Below are positions 14,731 through 29,607 of a stretch of DNA of 64,000 nt, in pieces. Source of the stretch: the human T2T-CHM13v2.0 reference genome, Homo sapiens; assembly GCF_009914755.1 (NCBI RefSeq), contig NC_060938.1; one strand, 5' to 3'. The notes below the pieces were generated by a model. The model had not been told where the DNA came from and searched no databases. It saw nothing but the letters and a program-made list of their open reading frames with translations. The position numbers and the translations under genes are program-made. The first letter of the stretch is position 1. Each line of letters starts with the position of its first letter.

Positions 14731-15735
14731 TCTAGCCTTCCCTTTGCCCTGGGAGGAGGGTATAGGTCACTCAAGTATTATGGACTTCCCTGGTGTTTAA
14801 ATGGAGTTGCCTATAGCAGCCCATCCCCATCTGAGAACCACAGTTCTTGTCCTATTATGCTGCCTCCTGTGGGCACCCAGGGCTCAGCTCCAGGTCAACC
14901 CTCCACCCCCACCTCCAGATTCCACACAGTAGCTTCTGCTGCTCAGGTTTCAAGGTCAGAACCTTTGAGAAAATAAAGGTAGAGGAGCTGGCTCTCCAAA
15001 TACCCCATTAACAGCACTTTTATTCCAGAACAAAGAGCATCCAGGGGCCTCCTGAAATGATCTGAGAATTTTCTAAGTGCAGCATATAGCCATACCTAGG
15101 GAAGGGGTATATAGCTTTCAGGGTCTCTAAGGGGCCAAGGACCCCAAAAGGCTGAGAACCACCATCGCAGAGCCTGGAATTCAGGCCCCTTGTGCCTGCC
15201 CTGATATCCCGACCACACCCACTGTCTCCCCAGCAGGTCGACAATCTGGCTGCGAGGACTCCAGGGACCAGCCACGGGGATTCTGGGCCAGGCCCACCCT
15301 GTCAGAGCAGCACCTCTCCAGGTGGCCTCCCAGCAGCCTGCTAGCTTCTGGAAGACGGCAGACTTCCTGCCACAGATGGGATCTGGCTGTCAGCTCCCAG
15401 GGAAGCACAGCTGTTTTTTAAATTAAATCAAGACTTTCCACTTGGGGCCCTCCCAAGGCTCTGGCTGCAACCCAGCAAGGTACCCCAGTATTTCCTGTCC
15501 GGGGGGAGATGGCACAGAGGCTCCCTCCCCACAGGATGGATGCAGGCAGCACCACGTCCCCTCCCTGGAAGGCTGCTCCTGTTACAGCCCCAGCCCTTGG
15601 GGCCTGTCCAGCTAAGCGGAGTGCCCCAGCCATTCAGCAGCTGTGCACACTGGCTGGAAGGGGGCTTCTGCAAAGGACAGTGGAGGAGGCAAGGGTTAAA
15701 CACGGGAGAATGGAAAAAGCTTCCCAGGCCTGGGC

Positions 15736-15929
15736 CAGTGGTTCTCAAACGTCAGTCAGCACAAAATCACCTGGAGAACTGGCTAATCTGTGGCTGTCCA
15801 GCCCCTTTCCCCCTCTCACTAAGTTTGTGATTAGGAGGACTGGGTTAAGGTTTGGAAATCTGCATTTTGACAGGCAATCCTGCCGATTCTGGTGTGGGTA
15901 GTCCAAGGACCACACTTTGAGAACCTCTG
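15736..15929. mobile_element. MER5A hAT-Charlie MITE
   Basis: TIRs CAGTGGTTCTCAAA / TTTGAGAACCTCTG; internal AATCACCTGGAG and AATCTGCATTTT. Confidence 0.85.
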
Positions 15930-16553
15930 TAGGCAGCATACCCCTCCTTCTCCTCATCCTGGGGCACCCTACCCATCTCCAACGATGATCAGGAGAAAAA
16001 GGTATCCCAGCATTTCCTGTCCAGGGGAGAACAGATCATTTCACAGAACAGATCTTTCCCAACCCTGGCAAAGAGACACATGCTTCACAGAAATGCACAG
16101 GTCCCCTGGGCACACGTCAGACCTATGCAGCAGGAACACACTGGGTATCATGAGGACAAGCCCGGCTCTGGGCACTCAGTCATTCTAATGTTCCCGGAGC
16201 ACCGCCTACATGTCTGGTGCTGTTCTAAGCACCTGAGACACAGAGAGAAGATGACCTGCCCCAAGGAGCTCAGTGTGGAGCAGAGAAGAAAACAAGCGAA
16301 CCGAAAATGACTACACTTTGTGATAAAAGACACAGCAGAGGAATTAATGGGGTATTATAGGTGCTGGGGAGCTGGGCAGGTAGGGGGGTGGTGCGGGCAG
16401 GGCACAGTCCACTCAGATTAGGGGAGAGAGGAAGGGTGAAGCCTTCTTGAAGGACACCCTCAAGCTGCATTTTGAAGAATGATAAATTGTAAGGCCAGAT
16501 TTGTTTAAAACTGGGGAAGGGTAGTGGAGGAGGTAGGAAGCAGGGACATTCTA

Positions 16554-17335
<782 letters not shown>

Positions 17336-18594
17336 CACAGGTTTTATCTGAAAGTAGAAAAAACTACTTTTAAAAAAAAAGGGCAGTTAGAGCTTGTGCA
17401 AAGGCACAGGAAACAGAAAGTGCATGTCATCTGGGGAGAGCTGCACGTTCCCCCTGCCCCCACCCCACAACTGGCAGAGGATCGAAGGTCTGATACCTTT
17501 TTGGGAATAGTTAGTTGAAAACAAAGCAGGTGCCAGCTCATGCAGGATTCCATAAGCTATGCTAAGGAATGTGGCCTGCAGGCTCAAAGCCCTGGAGAGG
17601 CACCGCGGGCTGAGGGCTGTGAGAGGGAACAGTGTGACCATATTTGGACTGACTGTCGGACAAGCCCTCTGGCTACAGTGACGGGGTGGACTGCCAGGAA
17701 GAGCTGGGGTAAAGGCCTTTGTGGGATCATCTAGGTGAGAGTTGACACAGGCCACACTGACACCACAACAGTAGGGGTTAAAAGAAGGACTGAGAAGAAG
17801 GAATCAGAATAAACAGAACATCAGTAACAACTTGCAAAGAAGAGCTGTCTATGATCCCAGCTTGGGTGCAGAAGAACAGGACTCTGGGAGGGAAAAGAGG
17901 TTTGCTAGGGCAGGAGTGACAAGCACAGAGTTTTGGACATGCTGAGAGGACTGTGTGGGACATTGGGGTGGAGACGCCCAGCGAGGTTCAGCATTTCAGA
18001 GGTGGCTCGAGGGAGAGGGCTGGGCTGGGATTAGGTCTAAGGCTCACCGGCATCAAGGTGAAGAGAGTAGCTAACATGGCCCAGTGTATCAACCAAGGCT
18101 AGACTCACAGGACTCTCACCCCTTAAGGGATGGTGGCAGAAAGGCATTCATAAGCAGGATGAGATGTGTGTTCCAGTAGAGCTGTCCCTCCAGACATCTG
18201 GACAAACCAGGGGCTGGGGAATGGCCTGGGTCACCTGGATACAGGTAGATAAGTAGTAATGGAGCCAAGATTTGGAGACAGTCACCCATGGTTAACATTC
18301 TTGGCCACAGAATCCTGGCACTGGGGAGGAGAAGGAACCTCAGTTCCTTCAAACCCTTTTTTTTTTTTTTTTTTTTTTAAAACAAACAAGGATGCTGAAA
18401 CAAATGTCCAAGGCACCTGGATGGCTGGCAGCAGAACCAGAACTCAGACCCACGCTCCTAGGATGAATTCATACATGTCATCCCCAACTTGTTTCAAGAG
18501 ACCAAAACCAGCTGCGCTCATAGGCAGAGCAGATGCCAAGGTGTCAGGCAGCACCAATAGACAGTATCTCGTCCTGGGCCAGGGTCCGCCTCAC

Positions 18595-18709
18595 CTGAGA
18601 TGACCTCCAGCAGCAGCATGAGCTTCAGGCCATCCCGGAAGTCCTCTTCGATGTTCTCGATCTGTGTCCCCGCCTTCCGGAGGTGGGAGTTACACCATGC
18701 CGTGAATGT
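18595..18709 (-). CDS. ACTN1: ACTN1 coding exon 2 (115 nt; [39 protein letters not shown]), start of CH1
   Basis: The minus strand reads ...gcccag|ACATTCACGGCATGG...ATCTCAG|gtgagg, with canonical AG/GT. The translation matches alpha-actinin-1 residues 36-73. Phase 0 to 1. Confidence 0.97.
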
Positions 18710-21559
18710 CTGGGCAGAGACAAGAAGGGCAAGTGGTCAGGGGGCTGGTGTTGTCACCCTCATTGGACAAGCCATTTAATGGTGCCAGGGGGTGGGAGGT
18801 GGACACCTACTCAGCAGAGCCTCTCAACACAGTTGCCCCACCATGGTCTCATTCACTGCATCAACCAAGCACTGAGCTACCCACAGGGCAGCAGCTGAGG
18901 GACCCTACACAGAGCCTGCTACATGGGTGGGAGCAAGCAGGATACATGAAGCAGCAAATTCCCTTAACATCCGCCTCCCAGCCCTCTCTCAAAGACTCAT
19001 GCCCACCCACATTTGAAAATGCCACAATTCCATTCTTACAAGTTACCTCTTAAGTTATAAGACTTAGTTTCAATCTTCACAGTTTTAAGACAGAGTAACC
19101 CCGAAGGAACATATTAAGCCCTGTTGATACCTTAGGGTAAATTAGTATATTAAATCCTTTCTCACTTGGCAGCCAGCTAAGAGAAAGGAGTAGTAAGTTT
19201 CGCTGAGAACAGAATTCAGATGCAGGGTGTCAGGACAAGGGAGAAGAGTAAGCACCCCAATGTGTATCTGTGTGTGCTTTGGGTGGGGATAGGGGCACCC
19301 TAAGCTGCAAAAGCATGAAGAGTTCCAGAAAGGGAATGTAAGGAGGTCAAATCAAAGACCATCAGCTTCATAGTTACTTCTCTATTAAGCAGATTATGAT
19401 CAGGTGAGGCAGCAACTAAGCCATCCTGTGCCAACAGCACCAGCTAGTGGCTCAAACAGGAAGAGGGTGTCTCAACAAACATGAGAAACAAAAGCATGCA
19501 TCGCAGTTTTACATGTCCATCTAAAACAGGTGTCTCTCTCCAGCTGTCTCCACTCTGTGGCAACCAGAGAGAAGAGCTCCCTTGCTTTAGATCTAAACCA
19601 TTCATTGGCAACTCCAGACTTCTCTGCACCAAATGGCACTACCAATTACATGGGGCTCACCCAACACCAGAGCCATTCAGCTCTCTTCCCACCTGCCCTG
19701 CAAAATTCAAAGGATGGGCAGTGTATCATTCATGTGACAGTAGGAGCCACACTAGAAATACTCTTCCTCATGGGAAAGGTCACAGCTTCATGCTCCCCAA
19801 TCCCTTCCTCCTGCCCTGGGGAACTCTAAAGGTGAAGTGGCAATAAGTGGGTAGGAAGAGGGAAGAACATCACACCAGCGAGTATCAGGGGAAAAGAAAT
19901 AGCTGCTTAGATTTAGGAGCAAAAGTTGAAGAGCCTATGAACAAGAAAGGGAACAGGGGGACAGAAGCTATCCCTCCACACAGGCGGGGAGAAAGGGACA
20001 GCATTATGATACCCTGTGACTTTGGGCTTAATTTTTCAATCATGTCTCACTAGTAACTTACCAATATGGAATACCTCTCTCTCCCTGCAAACATATCTCC
20101 ACTCTGCAGGCCAGCCTACTCCCATGATGAAGAGAAACGGCGTATTGTGCTATCCCAGAGCTCTGGGAAGACTGGCACACAGATCAGGGTAGATAGGGGA
20201 CATACACTGATTTCCAATGTCCTCTCTATCTTGCTTAACTAACTCACTCATCTTTCAAGACTGGGTAGAGATATCACCTCCTCCAGGAAGCCTTCCTGAT
20301 AGCCACCTGCTCTGTCTGGGCTGGACACACACCCATAGCACCCTGCATTCACCCATTATGCCTAGCCACTTGTCAGCTCCACACCCCCAGCCTGGGAGCT
20401 CTTGGAGGTAGAAACTCAATGTTCACCTTTATATCCCAGAGACCCAGGGCACAGAGTCAGGGACACAGCAGTGAACTAAACAGCAAAAGTCCCTGCCTCT
20501 GTGCAGCAGACATTCTAGTGGACGTAAGAATTGGGCAGCCAGGTGAAGGAACAAGTGGGGAACTGGATGCAAAGCTGAGAGGGTCCTGGGAGATCCAACT
20601 GCACCTTGTGGGTGAGGCTGAATGCTCTCAGGGCAGGGGGTGATGGGACAAACAGTGCTCTTAGGGACCCCCTGGACACAGAAGACAGCTCGGAGGAAAG
20701 AGGACGCAGCAGGACAGGGAAGCGTATGTACCAAGCATCCTTCCTCCGCTGCTGGCACTGCAGGAGATGAGAGGGCCTTTAGCCTTTATCCTTATTTTAA
20801 CTTCTTTTTATTGGTAGAAAAATATTAAAGGATTTTTAACTCTTTAAAACAAATATAATTTACTTTGGTTTTGCACATTCTCTCCCAGCTGACACTGGTC
20901 TGCCCAGTGTCTTCAAGCTGTGCGTTCACACTTGAGTGTGCGTTGACACTGGGGTGGGTGGTCTTTTCTCATTTATCACCATCTTGGCCATCCCCAGCAC
21001 CCACTCCCAGTCCCCCAGCACTGAACCTTCAGCCTAAGGTTTTCTATTTCCTTGAGGGGAACTGTGTCAGCCCCAGCAACTCGAAGGGATGCTTTCAGGT
21101 CCAATGTGGCCTGAAACATCCAGGGTCCTAGCAGGCACTGCCCTGAGCCCACCCGCCCAGCTGGGGGCTATAAATTCTCACTGTTTACTACCCAGTCGTG
21201 GAGGGGGTTGGGATGAGATAAAGGAGGAAGAGGCTGCTGTCGTAAAAAGACACTGCTTTTGAAAGAGGAAAAGTGCTGTTGAAAGCAGCCAGCCCCCTTT
21301 CCTGGAAAAGCCAGGCTCAGCCCTGGGAAACAAAACACACCTATGTTTGCTCAGGTCTCCTGGACAAAGCCCTGGAACATGGCTTTACTAAAACCCCCAA
21401 TCCTCAGAGGCCCCATAGATTACTGCCTTGAAGGGGGCTCTGGGCACCTCTCAAACTGGAAAGTTTCCCCAACAAGCAGCAGCCACCGCAAAGTTTAGGC
21501 TAGAGGAGGAAATGGTGGCTGTGACCCGGTGATCAACAACATGCACTTCGGGACGCATC

Positions 21560-21740
21560 AGAGCTGGATTCAGTTCTCAGATCCACTATTTACTGGCTGT
21601 GTGACCTTCAGATTAACCTTCCTAAACTTCAGTTCCCTTTGCAGTAAAACAGGGATAGTAACAGCGCTCCATAAAAGTTAAAAAGATTAACTCAAAAACA
21701 TCTGTAAAAAACTTGCCATTTAGTAAGTGCTCAGTGAACA
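21560..21740 (+). mobile_element. MIR fragment
   Basis: TACTGGCTGTGTGACCTT...CTTCAGTTCCCTTTGCAGTAAAACAGGGATAGTAA...TAGTAAGTGCTCA. Confidence 0.75.
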
Positions 21741-21946
21741 GTGGGGAGGAGGAAGATGACAGGACTAGCTCCCCCAAAATGATCCCGGGACCAGGTCTCA
21801 GAGGACTTGCTCTTGCTCCTCTGCACTCCCACCCCACATCCTCTCCCTGCCCCCAGCCACCAAACTCTCCTGTCGTAGGTCCCACCCCACCACGCGCTGT
21901 ACTGTTTCCAAGATGACAACATGCGAGCTCTTTTTTGCACCGGTGC

Positions 21947-22191
21947 TGGTGTGTTCGTGGGAGAGGGCTGGAACTGTGGTGAGTTCCTGGGAGAGGGGTG
22001 GAACTGTGGTGAGTTCCTGGGAGAGGGGTGGAACTGTGGCACATTCGTGGGAGAGGGCTGGAACTGTGGCGCGTTCGTGGGAGAGGGCTGGAACTGTGGC
22101 GGGTTCGTGGGAGAGGGCTGGAACTGTGGCGGGTTCGTGGGAGAGGGCTGGAACTGTGGTGCGTTCGTGGGAGAGGGCTGGAACAGTGGCG
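21947..22191. repeat. Minisatellite/VNTR, 30-bp unit, about 8 copies
   Basis: Unit GAGAGGG(C/G)TGGAACTGTGG(C/T)nnnTTC(C/G)TGG starting at 21961, 21991, 22021, 22051, 22081, 22111, 22141 and 22171. Confidence 0.97.
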
Positions 22192-25123
22192 TGGGTGCAG
22201 AAAACCAGGGATTTTGACAGTGGCCTTGTGCACCTCCGCAGAGGAGGTCTGACAGCTGAACGCACACCATACAACTATATCCTCCCCTCCAGCCTGGGGC
22301 AGCCTTGGTCTTGAGGCTCAAGCTCCAGCATGAGGGGGTGGCACCTGCTCCTTAGCAGTGCTCCAGGGGTCCAGCAAGGAGAGGAAGGTCAAAGCCACAG
22401 GAGAGGCCCATGCTAGAGACCCACGGCCCCAAGACCTCCAGCCTGGACGCCCGGCGTGGTGGGGAGTGCTACCCCGGCAGGTTTGTGGCCCAGCCGCATT
22501 CAAACAAAGGGTACAGGGCCATGTTACTGCCTCAGCCCGATGAAGCCCTGCCCTATCTGGCCTCCCCTCACCCCAAGAGCCATCTTCAAGTCACCTCCTT
22601 GGGCCATACTCAGGCTCACAGCCTGACAAAGGAGATCCGGGATGGCAGGTCTTCAGTGGATACACTCCGTTCCAGAAATGGCTTCAGGGATGCCGAGAGG
22701 TCCCAGGAAAAGTCCTTGGGACCAAGGACCACACTGGGATGTTCCCGCAGAGCAGCGGCAACGGCCTGTTCCCCTCTCAGCAGCCCTGTCTGCACTCCAC
22801 CTGCCCCGGCCCTGCAGAGTCTCTGAGGACCCGGGACAGAGGGAGGGGCCGCAAAACAGCCTGGACCCCTGCTCAGCCTCTCAATGACCTCGAAGCCACT
22901 GCCCATGTCTAATCCAGTTTGAAGGTGGTTTGAGGAGGTGGAGAGTGCAACTGTCCAGCCCTGTAGTTCAGGGTTGCAAAGAGGGACCTGGCCAGGCGCC
23001 AACAGAGGGGCCCCAGCCCAGGCTAGGAGCCATGGAGCTGGCCATGGAGACAGAATCACATTGTCCACCTTCTGTACAGGTCTCATAGCCTTGCTCTCAC
23101 AGACTCCGCTAACCTCTTTTCGTCACATCTTTCACAATTATCATGTGATATACTTCCTTTAAAATGTGTTGGAAAGGAATATGGCTTTTGAGAACGTGCC
23201 TTCCCTGCCCCCAAGCTCAGACAGACACACTGCAATGTTTCTTTAGCCACAACAGGCCTCTTTGAGCCTCAGTTTTCAAGTCTGTAAAATGGGGGACAAT
23301 AGCATCTCCCAGGCATGACTGACAGGAAGTACCCTTATTCAGTAAATAATTTTAGCATAGTAATGTTGTTAATTTATGTGAATAATGACAATATAGTATC
23401 AATGTGTCTGAAATATAGTAAGTGTGCAGAAAGTGGTAGTTCCTACCGTCATCATCACTGCCTGAATTTTAGATTCTAAAAGGATGTCTGAATAATCACA
23501 CTCTGCAAGGAGCTGGGGTACAGAAGATTACCCCAGAAGCATGAGTTAGGGGATGAGCTTTTACAATCAAGCATCCTTCATACCCTTGGTCATGGGGAGA
23601 GGGAGAGGTAAATCACAAGACCCTAAAGCAGGAGGGCCATGGGATTCACTCGGATCACTCTGCAGAAAAGTATCCATGGGAATGCAAGGATTTAGTCACT
23701 CTAAAGAAGACTGCAAATCCAGGCCTATCAGCTTCTAGCAGGTGGTAAACCCTGGACAAGTGACTTGACATGGCTCTGCCTTAAGGCACCATCTGTAAAA
23801 TGGGGGTAGTAATAGCACCTACCCAGAGGATTATTGGAGGAGTCAATGAGACAGTCCACTTAAAACACTGAAAATTATAGCAACTGCAATAATTATCTAT
23901 TGTTACTATTGCCACCACAATTGGGGGTATAATTATTATAAGTTTATGCTGTTAACACACCTCATAAAAGAATGTTAGAGCTAGAAGAGGTGTTAGGCAC
24001 CATCCAAGTCAAACCTTGACTTTACGACTAAGGACACAAAAAAGAGAGGGTGAGAGGCTTTCCCCAGTCCACACGGCTGGATTATATTCACAACTCAACC
24101 TCCTGACTCCTCCAGCCCCTCACACTTTCTGCTCCACCCGAATGACGTGGATTTCAGGTGCAGGCATGGGTGGGTGCTGGAAGGGAACAGCAGAACCAAG
24201 GCTGAGATTCTCAATGGTCAAACAGGTAAGCTGAATCTCATAGGGTATCACTGAAAATGGGTCACTGTGAAGTGAAAACACCAACCAGATGAAATCCAGG
24301 GGACCGCAGCCAGCATTGGCACAGAGAGTCTGAGTTGATGGAACATCAGCAGAGTTGGCAGAAGATGGGCAGCCCCTCTGGGGCAGCCTGGCAGACAGAG
24401 GCAGAGCCCAGGGACAGACAGGTGTTGTCAAGAGGCAAGAGAGATCATTACAGATGGTAAGCAGACCAGACAGCCCTTTGAGGGGAACTTTGGGAACTGG
24501 GGCTCTATGACCAGGAGGAGAGATGAGATGGCTGAGGGATTCACTGCAAATATCTAAAGATCCTTCCATGAATGAGTGAGTAAACTTGCTGGGTACAGAC
24601 CAGGCAGAATAGGCCAGTGGTGAGGAATGGTGAGGAATGTGGATTCTACGGCAAGATGGACCTGGATCCACTGAGTGACCTTGTGCATGTGACTTGACTT
24701 CTCCAAGCCTCCATCTCCACATCTGTAAAATGGGGATGGTAATAGAACCACCTCACAGGGTGGGGAAGATCGTTGCAGTAGCACGTGGAAAATGCTAAGC
24801 AGAATCACCCACACACAGGCTCCAAAAATGGGAGCTACTATTCTTAGAATGAAGGACAGAAAGTTTCAGGGAAGATTAGAGTTCAACATAATAAAGAACA
24901 GACCACAAGCTGGCTGTACAGTGTGCTACCTGCGGCTGAAGGCAGGGCTCGGCAAGGGCACTGGGGAAGGGATTCAAGCAGCCCCTCCAGTTGAGCTAAG
25001 TAAGGTCCTTTATCACTCTGACTCTATAAGAGCCTGAGGCAGCCCTTGAAAATGTTGGTTTAGAGGATTTTTTTTTCAGCCTGCCAAGTAGCTGGGACTC
25101 AAGGTGCACACTACCATGCCCAG

Positions 25124-25575
25124 TGTGATGTTTAATATTGATTGTCAACTTGATTGAATTAAAGGATGCAAAGTATTATTCCTGGGTGTGTCTGTGAGGG
25201 TGTTGCCAAAGGAGATTAACATCTGAATCAGTGGACTGGGAAAGGCAGACCCACCCTCAATCTGGGTGGGCACCATCTAATCAGCTGCCAGCACAGCCAG
25301 AATAAAAGCAAGCAGAAGAACGTGAAAAGACTAGACTGGCTGAGTCTCCCAGCCTCCATCTCTCTCCCGTGCTGGATGCCTCCTGCTCTCAAACATCAGA
25401 CTCCAAGTTCTTCAGCTTTGGGACTCGGACTGGCTTCCTTGCTCCTCAGCTTGCAGATGGCCTACTGTGGGAGCTCGCCTTGTGAGTGTGTGAGTCAGTG
25501 CTCCTTAACAAACTCCCCTTTATATATACATCTATCTCATTAGTTCTGTCCCTCTAGAGAACCCTGACTAATACA
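25124..25575 (+). mobile_element. MLT2A (HERV-L) solo LTR, 452 bp, probably MLT2A1
   Basis: TGTGATG...CTGACTAATACA ends. Hallmarks TGTCAACTTGATTG, GGGTGTGTCTGTGAGGGTGTTGCCAAAGGAGATTAACAT and CAATCTGGGTGGGCACCATCTAATCAGCTGCCAGC. 5-bp TSD CCCAG (25119-25123, 25576-25580). Confidence 0.92.
25151..25161 (-). promoter_or_regulatory. Perfect DUX4 consensus site (TAATTCAATCA) within the MLT2A LTR
   Basis: The + strand TGATTGAATTA is the reverse complement of TAATTCAATCA, matching TAAYYYAATCA. Confidence 0.65.
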
Positions 25576-25581
25576 CCCAGC

Positions 25582-25614
<33 letters not shown>

Positions 25615-25787
25615 CTTGGAGACTGGGTCTCTCTATGTTACCCAGGCTGGTCTCAAACTTTGGGCCTCAAGTGATCCTCCCACCTCATCCTCCCAAAGTG
25701 CTGGTTACAGGCGTGAGCCACTGCACCTGGTCTAGACCTGTTAGAAGAGTTCAGTCAGACCAAGGGTCACACACGCCAAGGTCTAAG

Positions 25788-25950
25788 CAAGGTTTCTCAA
25801 CCTCAGTACTACTGATATTTGGGGTCTGAAAAATTTTTTGGTGGGGGCAGGGAAGCTGCTGTATGCATCATAGATGTTCAGCAGCACCCCTGGACCACAC
25901 CCTAGTTGCTGGTAACATCGCCCAACCCCAAGCTATGACAAGCAAAATTC
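25788..25950. mobile_element. MER20 fragment
   Basis: GGTTTCTCAACCTCAGTACTACTGATATTTGGGG...GATGTTCAGCAGCACCCCTGG...TGACAAGCAAAAT. Confidence 0.8.
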
Positions 25951-26084
25951 ACCCCTCAGTTCCTCATCTGGAGGAGACAAACACATATGCCACAGATCGT
26001 AATAACAGCAGCAGCTAATACGTATTGACCATTTGCTACACGCCAGATCCTCTCCTGAGTGCTTTACCTCCTTTAACTCATTGA

Positions 26085-26531
<447 letters not shown>

Positions 26532-26768
26532 TGAAACAGTGGCCCTCTTGGGCTATCCTTTGTTTTTCTACCCAGAAGAAAACATGGCTATCCTGAAATA
26601 CAAGTATACTAGGGTGCATGAGAGCTACTCAATGGCAACTAGAATACGGCCTCTGTATCACGGCAGGAGGTGGCCCGGGGCAGAAGCAGCTCCTCTGTGC
26701 CTCATATGGGAACATAGGCCCTTGGCTGCCACACCTCCAATGAAGAAGAGACAGAAATCTGAACTTAT

Positions 26769-27064
26769 GCTGGGTGTAGTGGCTTATGCCTGTAATCCCA
26801 GCACTTTGGGAGGCCAAAGTGGAAGGATCACTTGTGTCCAGGAGTTCGAGACCAGCCTGGGCAACTTCATCTCTACAGAAAAAATCAAACAAAATTTAGC
26901 CAAGCATGGTGGTACACACCTGTAGTCCCAGCTCCTCAGTAGGCTAAGGCAGGAAGATTGCTTGAGCCTGGGAGATGATGGCTACAGAGAGCCATGATTG
27001 TGTCACTACAGTCCAACCTGGGGTGACAGAGTGAGACCCTGTCTCAAGAAAAAAAAAAAAAAAA
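26769..27064 (+). mobile_element. Alu (AluJ-like)
   Basis: Diverged dimer with A tail. Confidence 0.9.
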
Positions 27065-28087
27065 TCTAGATTTTTATGTAGACTCCCTCAGTTTTGAAAT
27101 GCTGCCACAATATAAAAATAAGACATCCCACAGGCCCCCCAAAAATGTCAGCAGGCTAAATGTGAATTAAGACCCAATGGGTCTTTAGTTTCACAATGGG
27201 AAAACATGAAAGCTTTCTAAGTCTGCTAATAAAGTTACACACGTAATAATGTATGACATGCTAAAACAAGCACGCAGCAGACAGCTGTGCCTACCACAGT
27301 TAACACTCCTGACAGGTCTTGGGGACATCAGCCATCTGGGAGTCGGCAAAAGCTGGCAAGACTTCCCGTAAGGGGCAGCGGGCGCGCCTCTCCTGGGGCT
27401 GGATCAATGAGGAACCCACGTCAATACCTGTCACAAGGGCCTGTGGTTAGACATGTCACGCACATGCTGCCATGCTTGTGAATTTTCAAAAGGTGTATTT
27501 GTCACTTATTACATGTGCAAAGTAGTTTTCTGATCATTTCCACTGCTGGTGGGTTCAATGACAAAGGCACATTACTGTGGGCAGGCGATTGGTACAACTC
27601 TGATGGACAGCAACTCACCAAGGTGAACTAAGATGGGCACCAGCCCTTAGCCCAATTCTGGGCCACCATCCTGAATAAAGACTAATAATTCTAAATATAA
27701 AGCAAAGGCTGTAAGCATACAAATGTTCTTGCCAGTATTCCTTGAGAGAGAAAAATTAGAAAGAGACAGAAATTGTATTAATAAGGTATTAGGTTAAGTA
27801 TATTAGGCTTCATCATCCACTTAATGAAATATTACATGGCCAAAATGATGGGTTCTGAAACTATGTTACTATGAAAAAAACTGCTTATATATAATTAACC
27901 AAAAAAAGCAGGATTCAAGACTGTATGTACTGCAAGTTTAAAACTATGTGGGCAATCACACAAACATGAAAAAAATGACTAAAAACAAAACACATCAAAA
28001 TGCTAACAGGGCTTGCACTCCAGTAACTGAACTGATTAGGATTTTTTGCTGTTTTACAGTTGTCTGTAAATGTGGTTGGTTGTGGGC

Positions 28088-28389
<302 letters not shown>

Positions 28390-28412
28390 AATGTGGTTGG
28401 TTTTTATGATGA

Positions 28413-28771
<359 letters not shown>

Positions 28772-29607
28772 TAAGCCTCAACACACAATCCAGGCCATCC
28801 ACTCTGGCTGACCTCCCCAGAGAAGCCTCCATTGACAAAGGTGCTTTTTCCATTTGTTGCACAGTGGAATAAACAAGATAACCCACCTGCAGCCAAACAA
28901 GACTAGCTGGGCAGTGGTGGGACAGCCCAGGCTCCAAACTCACGTGCTGGCCACACCTCTTCCAAGCACATCCTCCCACTCTCCCGGAATCAAAAATACC
29001 AGCCACCATTCAGGCCAGGGGAGTTAAGTGTTCAGAGGATGGGATCAGGAAACCTGGGACCTGCCCTGGCTCAGCCAGGCGTGTGACCTCAGATAAGTCA
29101 CTTCAATCCCTTCCAGCTCTGCTAGCGCAAACAAGTCCCTCCTACCTTGCAGGCTGGAGCCCAGAAACTTTTCCCATCAGAACACGCCTAATGAGAAGAC
29201 ACAACCAAACAGCACCCGGCAACAATCTTTTGTTCCTGTGTAGGGTTTATTCTGATTGGTGGGCTCTCAAAGAAAGCCAAAAAATTTCCCAGGGACAATT
29301 TCATCTCCATGAACTCAAAACATACTCAGTGTTTCTGTCTCAAGACAGCCAGCTCCTAACCCTTCTCAGCAAGCAGAATCCTGACGTTAGTGTCCCGGAC
29401 AGCATCTAAAAGCTTTATGCTAGAACATTCCTAGCAGGACACAGAAGGACCAGGATCATCGGCTGCCTCCAGGGAGAGAAATGGGAAGGCAGGGGGTAGA
29501 GAACACTTGCTTTTCACAGAATATGCTTTTGTTTGAGTTTTGTACCAAAATGTGCTGTCATTACCTTTTTTTTTTTTTAAGTATGCAAATAAAAGAACAG
29601 TCTGTCT

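Larger units (their letters stand above)
25068..25732 (-). mobile_element. AluJ-like element (3'-truncated right arm) split by the MLT2A LTR; pieces 25068-25123 and 25576-25732
   Basis: TCAGCCTGCCAAGTAGCTGGGACT...CCATGCCCAG resumes as CCCAGCT(T)n...GTGATCCTCCC...GAGCCACTGCACCTGGTC. Confidence 0.88.

Noticed and set aside
21622-22321. Long ORFs in all six frames with 10-aa periodicity
   Set aside because: Artefact of a nearly stop-free 30-bp VNTR; no splice signals or homology suggesting a protein.
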